A stretch of DNA of 64,000 bases from Thermoanaerobaculia bacterium (GTDB lineage: Bacteria > Acidobacteriota > Thermoanaerobaculia > Multivoradales > UBA5704). A program made the translations under genes and the position numbers. Position 1 is the stretch's first letter. Every line of letters starts with the position of its first letter. The stretch covers positions 5,852-69,851 of the forward strand of contig DASZZM010000092.1 of the NCBI GenBank assembly GCA_035544895.1, in the 5' to 3' direction. The notes beneath the pieces were generated by a model that was not told where the DNA came from, made no database searches, and saw only the letters and a list, made by a program, of their open reading frames with translations. Positions 9,378-18,223 of this stretch are shown piece after piece.

Positions 9378-10691
9378 CTACGACCCCGGCGGGCCAGGCA
9401 GGTGCTTCGCGAGATCAAAATAAATCACCACCGCCATCAGCATCAGGATGAGCACGAAACCCACCTGGCTGATCACCTCCTTGACGCGCACGGAGAGGTC
9501 GCGGCGGATCACCTCCTCGATCAGCAGGATGAAGATCTGCCCGCCGTCGAGAATGGGAATCGGCATCAGGTTGAGCAGAGCGATGCTTATGCTAAAGAAG
9601 CCCATCAACTGCAAAAGGAACTTGAACCCGATGCGCGCCGCCTCCCCGCTCGCCTGGGCCATCCCGATCGGGCCGGCCAGGGCTCCCTTGGCCGACATCT
9701 CGCGGCGGAAGATCTTGCCCAGGATCCGGAAAGTGTCGCTGACGATCTGCAGGCTGTACCTTACGCTCTCGACCAGGGCCTTACCGGGCGGATAGCGCTG
9801 GAAGAAGCCCACTCCGACTCCGATCTTGCCCACCTTGCCCTCGGTCCGGGGGACTACGGCAAGGGAGAGGATCCTGCCGTTGCGCGCCACCTGGATGGTC
9901 ATCCGCTGGCCGGGCCGCTTCTCGATCGCCGCGATGAAGTCCCGGCGGTCGGCGATCGGACGCCCCTCGACAGACCGGATCTCGTCACCTGGGCGGAAGC
10001 CCGCCGCGGCGGCGGGGCTCCCTTTCTCGACCTGCATGATCTGCGGCCGGAAAGAGGGGATCAGGCCGGCGTAGTCCCCCATGCCGTACTTGGGCACCAT
10101 CTGGGGGACAACCCTGGCGGTGAACCGATGCCCGTCCCGCCGGGCTTCCAGCGCGACCGGGCGGTTTGGTGAAGTCATCAGCACGAACTCGACGTCTTGC
10201 CAGCTCGACACGTTCTCGCCATTGGCTCGCACGACGAGGTCGCCGCGCTGCAAGCCGGCCGCGGCGGCTGACGAGCCGGGTTCTACCCCGCCGACGAGCG
10301 GCGGCATGCCCGGGAGGTTCGGCAGCTCGATGCCGACCATGAAAAGGCCGGCGAACAGAGCGACCGCCAGCACCACGTTCATCGTCGGGCCGGCCAGGTA
10401 GACGAGCACCCGCTGCCAGCGCGGCTTGCTCAGGAACTCGCGTGGATCGCCGGTCGATTCCTCGGGGTTCTCGCCGCCCAGCCGCACGTAGCCGCCCAGG
10501 GGAACGAGCGAGATCCGGTATTCCGTCTCGCCGCGCGTGAAACCCACGAGACGCCTGCCGAAGCCGATCGAGAAGGTCATCACGCGGACCCCGAAGGCCT
10601 TGGCGACCATGAGGTGCCCGGCTTCGTGGACGATGACGATGACGCCGAGGGCGAAACCGAAGGCAAGGATGGTGATGAGGGTGTCGTTCAT
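9378..10691 (-). CDS. rseP: RIP zinc metalloprotease RseP (site-2 protease)
   Basis: HEAGHLMVAKAFGV HExxH in the first TM, PDZ region, LDGG motif (NLMPIPILDGGQI). Start taken at MNDTLITILAFG. Confidence 0.85.
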   Translation of the reverse strand: MNDTLITILAFGFALGVIVIVHEAGHLMVAKAFGVRVMTFSIGFGRRLVGFTRGETEYRISLVPLGGYVRLGGENPEESTGDPREFLSKPRWQRVLVYLAGPTMNVVLAVALFAGLFMVGIELPNLPGMPPLVGGVEPGSSAAAAGLQRGDLVVRANGENVSSWQDVEFVLMTSPNRPVALEARRDGHRFTARVVPQMVPKYGMGDYAGLIPSFRPQIMQVEKGSPAAAAGFRPGDEIRSVEGRPIADRRDFIAAIEKRPGQRMTIQVARNGRILSLAVVPRTEGKVGKIGVGVGFFQRYPPGKALVESVRYSLQIVSDTFRILGKIFRREMSAKGALAGPIGMAQASGEAARIGFKFLLQLMGFFSISIALLNLMPIPILDGGQIFILLIEEVIRRDLSVRVKEVISQVGFVLILMLMAVVIYFDLAKHLPGPPGS

Positions 10692-10802
10692 GATCGGTGG
10701 AGATCCGCGGCCTTCCGTTGCGAACGGCGGCATGCCTCCGCGCCGCGGCCGTCAGTCGAAAGGTCGATTATAGCGGAGCGCACCGGAGCGCCTGACAGGC
10801 GG

Positions 10803-11633
10803 CTACCATGCGGGAAGAGCGGTGGAAGGACCCAGGCGAAGCAGCCAGGCCCCGACGAACAGGACCGGGGCCGCGAACAGCAAGGCATCGCAACGGTCGA
10901 GTATGCCGCCGTGGCCGGGCAGGGCGTCGCCCGAGTCCTTGACGCCTAGCCCGCGTTTGAGCATCGATTCGACCAGGTCGCCGACCTGCGCGGCCACGGC
11001 GGTCAGCCCGGCCAGGGCTACCAGCCCGGGATCGAGGCGGCCGAGCCTCCAGATGCCCCACACCGCCGCGGCGAAGACGCCGGTGAGGAAGCCGGCGGCC
11101 GCCCCTTCCCAGCTCTTGAGCGGGCTGACCACCGGCGCCATCTTGTGGCGTCCGAACCGCGAGCCCACGTAGAAGGCGGCCGTGTCTCCCAGCCAGACGA
11201 TCGCCAGCAGCAGGAACACCAACCAGGGGTCGCGGTCCTGGAGCCGGTAAATGCTGGCGATCGGGACGGCGAAGTAGGGGATCCCGAAGCCGAAGATGCC
11301 GAAGCTCGCGATCGTCTCCTGGAGCGGCGTACGGCTGAGCAGCGCCAGGCTGCCGAGGCCCAGCGACACCACCATGCCGGCGATCAGGAGCTGCAACGGC
11401 CCGTCGGGAGCGGCCGGTTGACGCAGACTCATCGCCACCGCCGCCAGCGGCACCAGCGGCAGGAACAAGCCGAGCGGGGCATGGGGCGCGCGCGGCCGCA
11501 TCATGGCCAGGTACTCGCGCGCCGCCCAGGTGATGAAGAAGGCGTCGAAAACGAAGAACCAGACGCCGCGCAGCAGGAACACTCCTGCCAGCATCACGGG
11601 GGTGCCGATGGCGGCGGTCAGCAGTCGCTTCAT
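10803..11633 (-). CDS. cdsA: phosphatidate cytidylyltransferase
   Basis: Multi-TM; C-terminal CdsA signature SMLKRGLGVKDSGDALPGHGGILDRCDALLFAAP. Start at MKRLLTAAIG (the upstream extension of the listed ORF is low complexity). Confidence 0.85.
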   Translation of the reverse strand: MKRLLTAAIGTPVMLAGVFLLRGVWFFVFDAFFITWAAREYLAMMRPRAPHAPLGLFLPLVPLAAVAMSLRQPAAPDGPLQLLIAGMVVSLGLGSLALLSRTPLQETIASFGIFGFGIPYFAVPIASIYRLQDRDPWLVFLLLAIVWLGDTAAFYVGSRFGRHKMAPVVSPLKSWEGAAAGFLTGVFAAAVWGIWRLGRLDPGLVALAGLTAVAAQVGDLVESMLKRGLGVKDSGDALPGHGGILDRCDALLFAAPVLFVGAWLLRLGPSTALPAW

Positions 11634-11652
11634 CGCGGCGGCGGGAGAGCGG

Positions 11653-12471
11653 TCAGACCGGAAGGCTTCCCGAAGCGAAGAGGTCGACGCCGTCTTGCTC
11701 CCCGCCGGATTTGACGCCGCCGAAGCGGCGGTCGCGGCCCTGGAAATCGACGATGGCGGCAAACAGGTCGCCGCGGCGGAAGTCAGGCCAGAGCGTATCC
11801 GTCACCCAGATCTCGGTGTAGGCGAGCTGCCAGAGCAGGAAGTTGGAGATGCGCAGCTCGCCCGAAGTGCGGACCAGCAGGTCGGGGTCGGGCTGTCCCG
11901 AGGTGTAGAGGTAGCGGCCGAGCGTCTCCTCGTCGATGTCGACGTGCTTGCCCGCCGCCCAGTCCGCGACGATATGCCGGCAGGCGTCGACGATCTCGCA
12001 GCGGCCCGAGTAGTTCAGGGCCACGTTGAAGCACAGTCCCCGGCATGCACGGGTGGCGTCGAGGGCCTGCTCGAGCTCGGCGACGACCGAAGGATCGAGC
12101 TCCCGCCAGCGCCCGACGACGTTGAAGCGGATGTCGTTCTCGACCAGGGTGTCGCGCTCTCGCCGGACGTAATCCTTGAGCAGGTTCATCAGCGTCCACA
12201 CCTCGTAGCGCGGGCGCTTCCAGTTCTCGACCGAGAAGGCGTACAGGGTCAGCACCTCGAGTTTCAGCCTGGCGGCGGCCTCCACCGTGTCGCGGACCGC
12301 CTCCACTCCGGCCCGATGTCCCTCGACGCGGGGCAGCGAGCGGCGCTTCGCCCACCTGCCGTTGCCGTCCATGATGATTGCCACGTGGCGCGGCAGCCGG
12401 GTCATGTCGATCCGGCGGATGAGCAGCTCCTCGGGGGAGCCGGGCGCAGCAAGTGGAGGGAGCTCAGCCAT
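11653..12471 (-). CDS. uppS: isoprenyl transferase (undecaprenyl-diphosphate synthase)
   Basis: PRHVAIIMDGNGRWA...LTLYAFSVENWKRP...RTSGELRISNFLLWQLAYTE canonical UppS motifs; uppS-cdsA-rseP order matches the classical operon. Confidence 0.9.
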   Translation of the reverse strand: MAELPPLAAPGSPEELLIRRIDMTRLPRHVAIIMDGNGRWAKRRSLPRVEGHRAGVEAVRDTVEAAARLKLEVLTLYAFSVENWKRPRYEVWTLMNLLKDYVRRERDTLVENDIRFNVVGRWRELDPSVVAELEQALDATRACRGLCFNVALNYSGRCEIVDACRHIVADWAAGKHVDIDEETLGRYLYTSGQPDPDLLVRTSGELRISNFLLWQLAYTEIWVTDTLWPDFRRGDLFAAIVDFQGRDRRFGGVKSGGEQDGVDLFASGSLPV

Positions 12472-12579
12472 GGATCGAGGCGCGCCGGAGGAGAGGCAGG
12501 ACCCGTCGCCTCCGGTGAAATCGGCGGTGAACTTACCACAGGAGGGGAACTGTTCTAGTTGGAGCCGTGGGAGCTCGTT

Positions 12580-13347
12580 CTAGGCCGGGCCGAGGTCGAG
12601 GGGCTGCCATTCGGGAGGGAAGAGGACGCGCTCGAGGACCAGGCCGCGGGCGGGAGCGGTGGCGCCGGCTTCGCCGCGTGAGCGGCCCGCCAGCAGGGCG
12701 GCGAGCTCCTCGGGCGTGCGTCGCCCAAGGCCCACTTCCAGGAGGGTTCCCACCAGGGCGCGCACCATGCCGCGCAGGAAGCCTTCTCCGACGATGCGGA
12801 AACAGAGCTCCTCGCCGTGCTCCTCCCAGGCGGCGGACTGCATGGTGCGCAGGGGCTGGCGGTGAACGCCGCCGGCATTTGCGAAGGCGGAGAAGTCGTG
12901 TCTCCCGACGATCAGGCGGGCGGCGCGCGCCATGCGTTCGGGATCGATGCGCGCCGGCACGCGCACCGCGAAGGGGGCGTCGAGCGGCGACAGGACCGCG
13001 GCCCTGCTGACGCGATAGACGTACTCCTTGGCGACGGCACAGCCGCGGGCATGAAAGCCGAAGGGCATGTGCGCCGCCGCCAGGAGGCGTACGTCCTCGG
13101 GCAGACGATGATTGGTGCCGTGCAGCAGGCCGCCCAGCGGAAAGGGGTCCGCGAGCTCGAGGTGCGCCGCCTGGCCGCGGGCATGGACGCCGGCGTCGGT
13201 GCGGCTTGCCCCGACGACCCGCACCGGCCCGCCGAGAAGCCGCGCCAGGGCCTCCTCGACGACCTCCTGGACGGTGCGGGCGTTGTCCTGCCGCTGCCAG
13301 CCGGCATAGCCCGTGCCGCGGTAGCTGACGATCAGGCGGACGACCAT
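12580..13347 (-). CDS. truA: tRNA pseudouridine(38-40) synthase TruA
   Basis: MVVRLIVSYRGTGYAGWQRQ...GASRTDAGVHARGQAAHLE...FLRGMVRALVG is the TruA family; only the C-terminal 255 aa of listed ORF 12580..14055 is real. Confidence 0.85.
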   Translation of the reverse strand: MVVRLIVSYRGTGYAGWQRQDNARTVQEVVEEALARLLGGPVRVVGASRTDAGVHARGQAAHLELADPFPLGGLLHGTNHRLPEDVRLLAAAHMPFGFHARGCAVAKEYVYRVSRAAVLSPLDAPFAVRVPARIDPERMARAARLIVGRHDFSAFANAGGVHRQPLRTMQSAAWEEHGEELCFRIVGEGFLRGMVRALVGTLLEVGLGRRTPEELAALLAGRSRGEAGATAPARGLVLERVLFPPEWQPLDLGPA

Positions 13348-14810
13348 CGCCGCCCGGCCAGCGACAGGACGCCGAAAGGCGCCCAGATGGCAAGGAACAC
13401 CCAGGGCATCAGGTGAAGGCCTGTCGCCTGGGGCAGGTAAGAAAGGAGGATGAGACCGGACAGCGCCAGCCAGGCGGTGTGCCGGTACAACGCCGCCCAG
13501 GGCAAGACCCACAGCAGGTACCAGGGATAGACCGTGGCCGAGAGCAGCAGCAGCCAGGCGAACAACTTGCCGGTGCCGCGCGCCGGGCGGACCTGGCCGA
13601 GCGAGGCGGCGACCGCCGCGACCATACCGGCGCCGAGCAGGACCTTGGCCATGAGCTGCGGGTAGAGAAAGGGGTAGAGCGGATTGAACAGGGTATACTC
13701 GCCGCTCGCCCGCTTTGCCGCGTCGAGCAGCCTGGCGGCCGCGGGCGCGGCACCGGCGGCGTCGAGCAGGCGCCAGAGAGGCTCGAACAGCGGGCCGTTG
13801 AACTCCCACGAGACCGCATAGGTGACCAGGCCGCGCGGCAGCCCGCCGGTCGCTACCACGACCGGCAGGCCGGCGGCGGCCGCCATCACGAGCACGGCGA
13901 TCAGCACCCGCGCCGGCCGGCGGCTCTGCCGGCTCCACATGAGTAGGGCGGCCAGCGGCAGGAGCTTGGCGAGCACGCCCGCCGCCATCCAGGTGGCGGC
14001 GGCCCAGATGCCCCGGGCGGCACACGCATCCCGGGGAGAGGCGGCTGGCACGCATTTCTCATCAGTGGCCAGCGGTTGCCGCCGGGCGAGGCCGGTCAAG
14101 CAGAAAACCGCCCCCAGCGCCGCCGCTACCCCCAAGGCATCGACGTGTCCCATCCCGGCAACCTCCAGTGCCACCAGGGGGTTCCAGGCATACCAGACGG
14201 TCCTCTGCGGGGGTATGGAGAGCCGCCGGGCCAGGCCGAGCAGGAGCCAGCAGCCCAGGAGATCGGCCGCGGTGACCAGCGCTTTCCAGGCGAGGATTGG
14301 ATTGGGCAGCCGAGCCGCTATACTGAAGGCCGCGATCGAGAGCGGCGGATACACGGTCGGCACCTGAGGGTGGGGTACTCGCTGCCACGCCTCGTCGCGC
14401 AGGAGGGTGAGCGCCTCGGCTTGCGGCGTCAAGGCGTAAGGGTTATAGCCGGCCGCCGCCACCTTCCCATCCCAAAGGTAGCGCAGCGCGTCGTCCGACA
14501 GCGTCAAGGGCAGCGGCAGCATCGGCAGCCGTAAGAGCAGCGCTCCTGCCAGGACCGCTGCCGCGAAAGCGCGCCCGGAAGCGCGGGCCAGTTCCAGGCG
14601 GCGCGCTGACCAGGAGAGCCAGAGGAAAGCCGGCCCAAGAAGGGCCAGCACGAGGGGTAGATGATGAGCCAGGTCGAAGACGATCCACAGACCGACGTTC
14701 ACCGCAAGCAGCGGGAGCGCCGGGGCCAGCAGCGCCCAGGGCACCCTGGACCAGCCGGCCCGGAGCGCCGGCGATGAGCTTGGCCGTGGGAGGGCCGGCT
14801 CTGCTGGCAC
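13332..14810 (-). CDS. polytopic membrane glycosyltransferase-like protein (DUF2029/GT87-PMT-like)
   Basis: About 12 predicted TM helices, long hydrophobic protein with DUF2029-like pattern (…WNPLVALEVAGMGHVDALG…); overlaps truA by 16 bp. Start uncertain (divergent overlap with the next gene). Confidence 0.55.
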   Translation of the reverse strand: MPAEPALPRPSSSPALRAGWSRVPWALLAPALPLLAVNVGLWIVFDLAHHLPLVLALLGPAFLWLSWSARRLELARASGRAFAAAVLAGALLLRLPMLPLPLTLSDDALRYLWDGKVAAAGYNPYALTPQAEALTLLRDEAWQRVPHPQVPTVYPPLSIAAFSIAARLPNPILAWKALVTAADLLGCWLLLGLARRLSIPPQRTVWYAWNPLVALEVAGMGHVDALGVAAALGAVFCLTGLARRQPLATDEKCVPAASPRDACAARGIWAAATWMAAGVLAKLLPLAALLMWSRQSRRPARVLIAVLVMAAAAGLPVVVATGGLPRGLVTYAVSWEFNGPLFEPLWRLLDAAGAAPAAARLLDAAKRASGEYTLFNPLYPFLYPQLMAKVLLGAGMVAAVAASLGQVRPARGTGKLFAWLLLLSATVYPWYLLWVLPWAALYRHTAWLALSGLILLSYLPQATGLHLMPWVFLAIWAPFGVLSLAGRRWSSA

Positions 14811-16285
14811 TGTACTACCTCATTCTGGCGGTTCTCGCCTTCTATGGCGTGCATCGCCTGTGGATGGTGGTGCTCTACCTGCGCGCCCGCGGGCGCCAGC
14901 CGGCAAAGCCCGCCGACCCGCAGCAATGGCCCATCGTCACGGTGCAGTTGCCACTCTACAACGAGATGTACGTGGCCACGCGCCTGATCGACGCGGTCTG
15001 CAGGCTCGATTATCCGCGCGACCGGCTCGAGATCCAGATCCTCGACGACTCGACCGACGAGACCAGTGCCATCGTCGAGCGCCTGGTCGAGTTGCACCGC
15101 GGCCAGGGAATCGACATCAAGATGCTGCACCGCAACGACCGCACCGGCTTCAAGGCTGGCGCGCTCGCCGCCGGCCTGGACCATGCCAAGGGGTCGCTTC
15201 TCGCCGTCTTCGATGCCGACTTCGTGCCGCAGCCGGAGTTCCTCAGGGCGGCCGTTCCCTACTTCGCCGATCCCGCGATCGGCCTGGTGCAGGGACGGTG
15301 GATGCACATCAACCGCGCGTACTCGCTGCTCACGCGCGTGCAGTCCATCTTCCTCGACGGCCACTTCATGATCGAGCACATCGCGAGGAACCGCAGCAAC
15401 TGTTTCTTCAACTTCAACGGCACGGCCGGGGTCTGGCGCCGCGCCGCCATCGTCGAGGGCGGAGGCTGGGAGCACGACACGCTGACCGAGGATCTCGACC
15501 TTTCCTACCGCGCCCAGCTCATCGGGTGGAAGTTCCTTTACCTGCCCGACCTGGCCGTGCCCTCCGAGTTGCCGGTCGACGTCAACGGCTTCAAGACGCA
15601 GCAATACCGCTGGGCCAAGGGCGCCATCCAGACCGGGCGCAAGCTGACCGGGCGCGTGCTGCGCTCGAAGCTGCCGCGGCGGGTGAAGTTCGAGGCCTTC
15701 GTCCATCTCACCAACAACATCAGCTACCCGCTGATGCTGGTGCTGTCGCTGCTCATCTTTCCCGCCATGCTCCTGCGCCGCGGCACCTCGACGCGCATGC
15801 TGCTGCTGGTGGACCTGCCGTTCTTTCTGACGGCGACGCTGTCGGTGCTGCTGTTCTACCTGATGAGCCAGGTGGCCGGCGGCACGGGTTGGCGCCGGCA
15901 GATCCGTTACCTTCCCGCCCTCATGGGCATGGGAATCGGCCTCTCGGTGGTCAACGCGCATGCCGTGGTCACCGGATTGTTCCAGCGCGGCGGCACGTTC
16001 CACCGCACGCCCAAGTACAGCATCGAGGAGACCGGACAGGACTGGCGCGACAAACGCTACCGCGCCGGCGTGAGCGCTTCGTTCGTGGTCGAGGCGGTGC
16101 TGGCGCTCTACTTCATCGCCTGCACCACCTACGCCGTGGTGGCGGGTATGTGGATGTCCCTGCCCTTCCTCCTCCTCTTCGTGCAGGGGTTCGGCTATAT
16201 GGCGATTCTCTCGATCCTGCCGGCGCTGGACGCCATCCGGCTCGCGCGCACGAGCGTCCGCGGAGCGGGGGTTAATATGGGGTGA
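14774..16285 (+). CDS. family 2 glycosyltransferase (cellulose-synthase-like, processive)
   Basis: DDSTD...FDADF...QGRW.. D,D,D,QxxRW motifs (LDDSTDET, VFDADFVPQ, QQYRWAKG) plus C-terminal TM helices. Confidence 0.8.
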   Translation: MSLAVGGPALLALYYLILAVLAFYGVHRLWMVVLYLRARGRQPAKPADPQQWPIVTVQLPLYNEMYVATRLIDAVCRLDYPRDRLEIQILDDSTDETSAIVERLVELHRGQGIDIKMLHRNDRTGFKAGALAAGLDHAKGSLLAVFDADFVPQPEFLRAAVPYFADPAIGLVQGRWMHINRAYSLLTRVQSIFLDGHFMIEHIARNRSNCFFNFNGTAGVWRRAAIVEGGGWEHDTLTEDLDLSYRAQLIGWKFLYLPDLAVPSELPVDVNGFKTQQYRWAKGAIQTGRKLTGRVLRSKLPRRVKFEAFVHLTNNISYPLMLVLSLLIFPAMLLRRGTSTRMLLLVDLPFFLTATLSVLLFYLMSQVAGGTGWRRQIRYLPALMGMGIGLSVVNAHAVVTGLFQRGGTFHRTPKYSIEETGQDWRDKRYRAGVSASFVVEAVLALYFIACTTYAVVAGMWMSLPFLLLFVQGFGYMAILSILPALDAIRLARTSVRGAGVNMG

Positions 16286-16833
16286 TGTTTGCCGAGCGCA
16301 ACTCTTCGCCGGCGGTGAGTCTGCGGCCGGCGGCGCCGCGCGACGCGGACCTGCTGCGGCAGTGGCGCGCCGAGACCAGCGTGCGGCGCTACCAGCCGCT
16401 CAACGATTTGCCGACTTCGCAGCTGCGCGCCGACGTCTCCAATCAGCGCATCTCGGAGCTGTATCGCGGCCAGGGCGAGAAGTTCCAGTGGATCGTGCAG
16501 ATCGATGGGCAGCCGGCGGGCTGGATCACTCTGGTGGTGAGCAACTGGGAGCACGGCCTGGCGGAGGTCGGCTACGCGCTTTCTTCGACTTTCCAGACGC
16601 GCGGGCTGATGACCGAGGCGCTCGGGATGCTGGTGCACGACCTGTTCACCAATACTCCGCTCGAGCGTATCGAGGCGCGCTGCGCGGTGGACAACGTGGG
16701 CTCACGCCGGGTGCTGGAGAAGAATGGATTCCTGTGCGAGGGGCTGCTGCGCGGCTACTTCAAGCTGCGCGGCCGGCGGGTGGACAACTACCTCTACGCG
16801 TTGCTGCGCGAGGACTATAGGGCTCGGCGGTAG
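16285..16833 (+). CDS. GNAT family N-acetyltransferase (RimJ/RimL-like)
   Basis: LRPAAPRDADLLRQWR...IGYALSSTFQTRGLMTEAL...NVGSRRVLEKNGF is a GNAT fold; start overlaps the GT2 stop (ATGgggTGA). Confidence 0.75.
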   Translation: MFAERNSSPAVSLRPAAPRDADLLRQWRAETSVRRYQPLNDLPTSQLRADVSNQRISELYRGQGEKFQWIVQIDGQPAGWITLVVSNWEHGLAEVGYALSSTFQTRGLMTEALGMLVHDLFTNTPLERIEARCAVDNVGSRRVLEKNGFLCEGLLRGYFKLRGRRVDNYLYALLREDYRARR

Positions 16834-16865
16834 GGGAAGAGGGGGAGGGTGGTGGCAGTTGGCGG

Positions 16866-17834
16866 TCAGGGCAGGCGGGCGCTGACGGTGGCGGTGACGA
16901 GGGCGGCGGGCGCCAGGGCAGGGGCTGATGGGGCGGGGGCCGGAGCGGGGGATTTGCAGGCGGTCTGGGTGGCCGCGCGGAGCCAGGTGTGGTCGGCGGA
17001 GTAGGAGTAGACGAAGGTGCCGTCCTTGATGGTGTCGATCACGTGGTGGGCGATCTGCGGGGAAAGGGCGGGGCAGCCCCAGCTGCGGCCGAGGCGGCCG
17101 AGGCGCTGGGCTTGGGCGGTGCTGACGTACCAGGCGCCGTGGATGACGATCTTGCGCTGCTCGGCGCGCTCGTTGACGCCGGGGTCGAGGCCGCGCAGCT
17201 TGAGGGAGTAGCCGTTGCCGCCCTCGTAGGTGCCGGCGGTGAGGAAGAGGCCGAGGCTGGTCTGGCGGCTGTCGGCGGTGTCGGAGAAGCGGGTGGCGTA
17301 GTTGTCGCCGCTGCCGGAGCCGTGCGCCACGAGCTCGTGGAAGAGGACTTTGCCGTGCGCCAGGTCGAGCACCCAGAAGCGCGGAGTCGTCGAGGGCAGG
17401 GTGTAGTCGATGATGGTCAGCAGGTCGGCGTTGCCGGAGACGCCGCGGGCGCGCGCGCAGGAGACCGCCGCGAGCGCCATTCTGAGAGCGCGCGGCGAAA
17501 TCCCGGTGACCGCTGGGAGCGCCGGAAGGGCCGTCGCCGGCTTGGCGGAGTACTGGACGGCGCTGACGACAGGAAAAGCGTTGGCCGCGCTGACCGCGCC
17601 GACCGCAGGGGTGACGGCCGCCGCGGGAACGGTGCTCGCCACGGACCGGGTTGGCACGGATGCTGCTTTAAACGGGGATGCGGTGCCCGCCGGATCGGCG
17701 GCGCTTTCGGAGCCAGGGCCGCCCGGGCCGGCGGCGATCAGGAACGGGAGCGCGACGAGAAGGGCAATATTCCGGCGGCGGGAGAAGGGGCTCCTCGTGG
17801 ACGCGGCCTTGGCCGGGTGGCAGTTGTACTTCAT
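16866..17834 (-). CDS. L,D-transpeptidase catalytic-domain family protein (YkuD-like), secreted
   Basis: Signal peptide, Ala/Pro-rich linker, then ...HGAWYVSTAQAQRLGRLGRSWGCPAL..., with the conserved His and catalytic Cys of L,D-transpeptidase-like domains. Confidence 0.65.
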   Translation of the reverse strand: MKYNCHPAKAASTRSPFSRRRNIALLVALPFLIAAGPGGPGSESAADPAGTASPFKAASVPTRSVASTVPAAAVTPAVGAVSAANAFPVVSAVQYSAKPATALPALPAVTGISPRALRMALAAVSCARARGVSGNADLLTIIDYTLPSTTPRFWVLDLAHGKVLFHELVAHGSGSGDNYATRFSDTADSRQTSLGLFLTAGTYEGGNGYSLKLRGLDPGVNERAEQRKIVIHGAWYVSTAQAQRLGRLGRSWGCPALSPQIAHHVIDTIKDGTFVYSYSADHTWLRAATQTACKSPAPAPAPSAPALAPAALVTATVSARLP

Positions 17835-18049
17835 GCGAAGCGGGCCTCCAAGCTGGCGATTCTAGATGCTTGCCCAGCCGTGCGCAATGCTCGAGCTGGT
17901 GGGTTCTACCTATTAGACAATCCGTCGGCCTCGGCTATTCCCCATCTTCCAGCGGCTGGTGCGCCAACCGGCGACGCCGATCCTGAGGCTAAAAGGCTGA
18001 TCTTCCAAGACTTACGGTGAGCAAGCCCTCGCCGGGGCGTATTCTCGGC

Positions 18050-18223
18050 TCAGGAGCGGACCGTGACGAGAGGCCGGACCTGGCGAATGCGCTCGAAGTC
18101 CTCGTCCTCGTGCAGGAGCACGCAACCCGGTTGGACGAGTCGGGCGATGAAGCAATCAATGTAATTTAGGATTGTAAGTCCGCGTCGGCAGTCGAGGAAG
18201 ATTCGCGCAGAAAGGGGGCTGAG
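18050..18223 (-). pseudogene. PIN-domain (VapC-like) toxin C-terminal remnant
   Basis: Immediately after the uvrD TAG, in the same frame: LSARIFLDCRRGLTILNYIDCFIARLVQPGCVLLHEDEDFERIRQVRPLVTVRS*, which resembles the C-terminal strand-helix of VapC (…IDaliAA.A…LlTrDrDFeri…). No N-terminal PIN half and no antitoxin. Confidence 0.3.

Noticed and set aside
9241-9423. Short ORFs inside repeat copies (9241..9423 +, 34936..35157 -, 42000..42191 -, 54223..54405 +, 46792..47022 +)
   Set aside because: They translate the repeat element (…GDRGVAGGDPID…, …IYRIAPRNP…) and recur wherever the repeat occurs; these are not genes.
14699-16003. 434-aa minus ORF
   Set aside because: Antisense to the GT2 glycosyltransferase.
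16989-18020. 343-aa + ORF
   Set aside because: Antisense to the L,D-transpeptidase-like gene; Gly/Ala/Arg low complexity.
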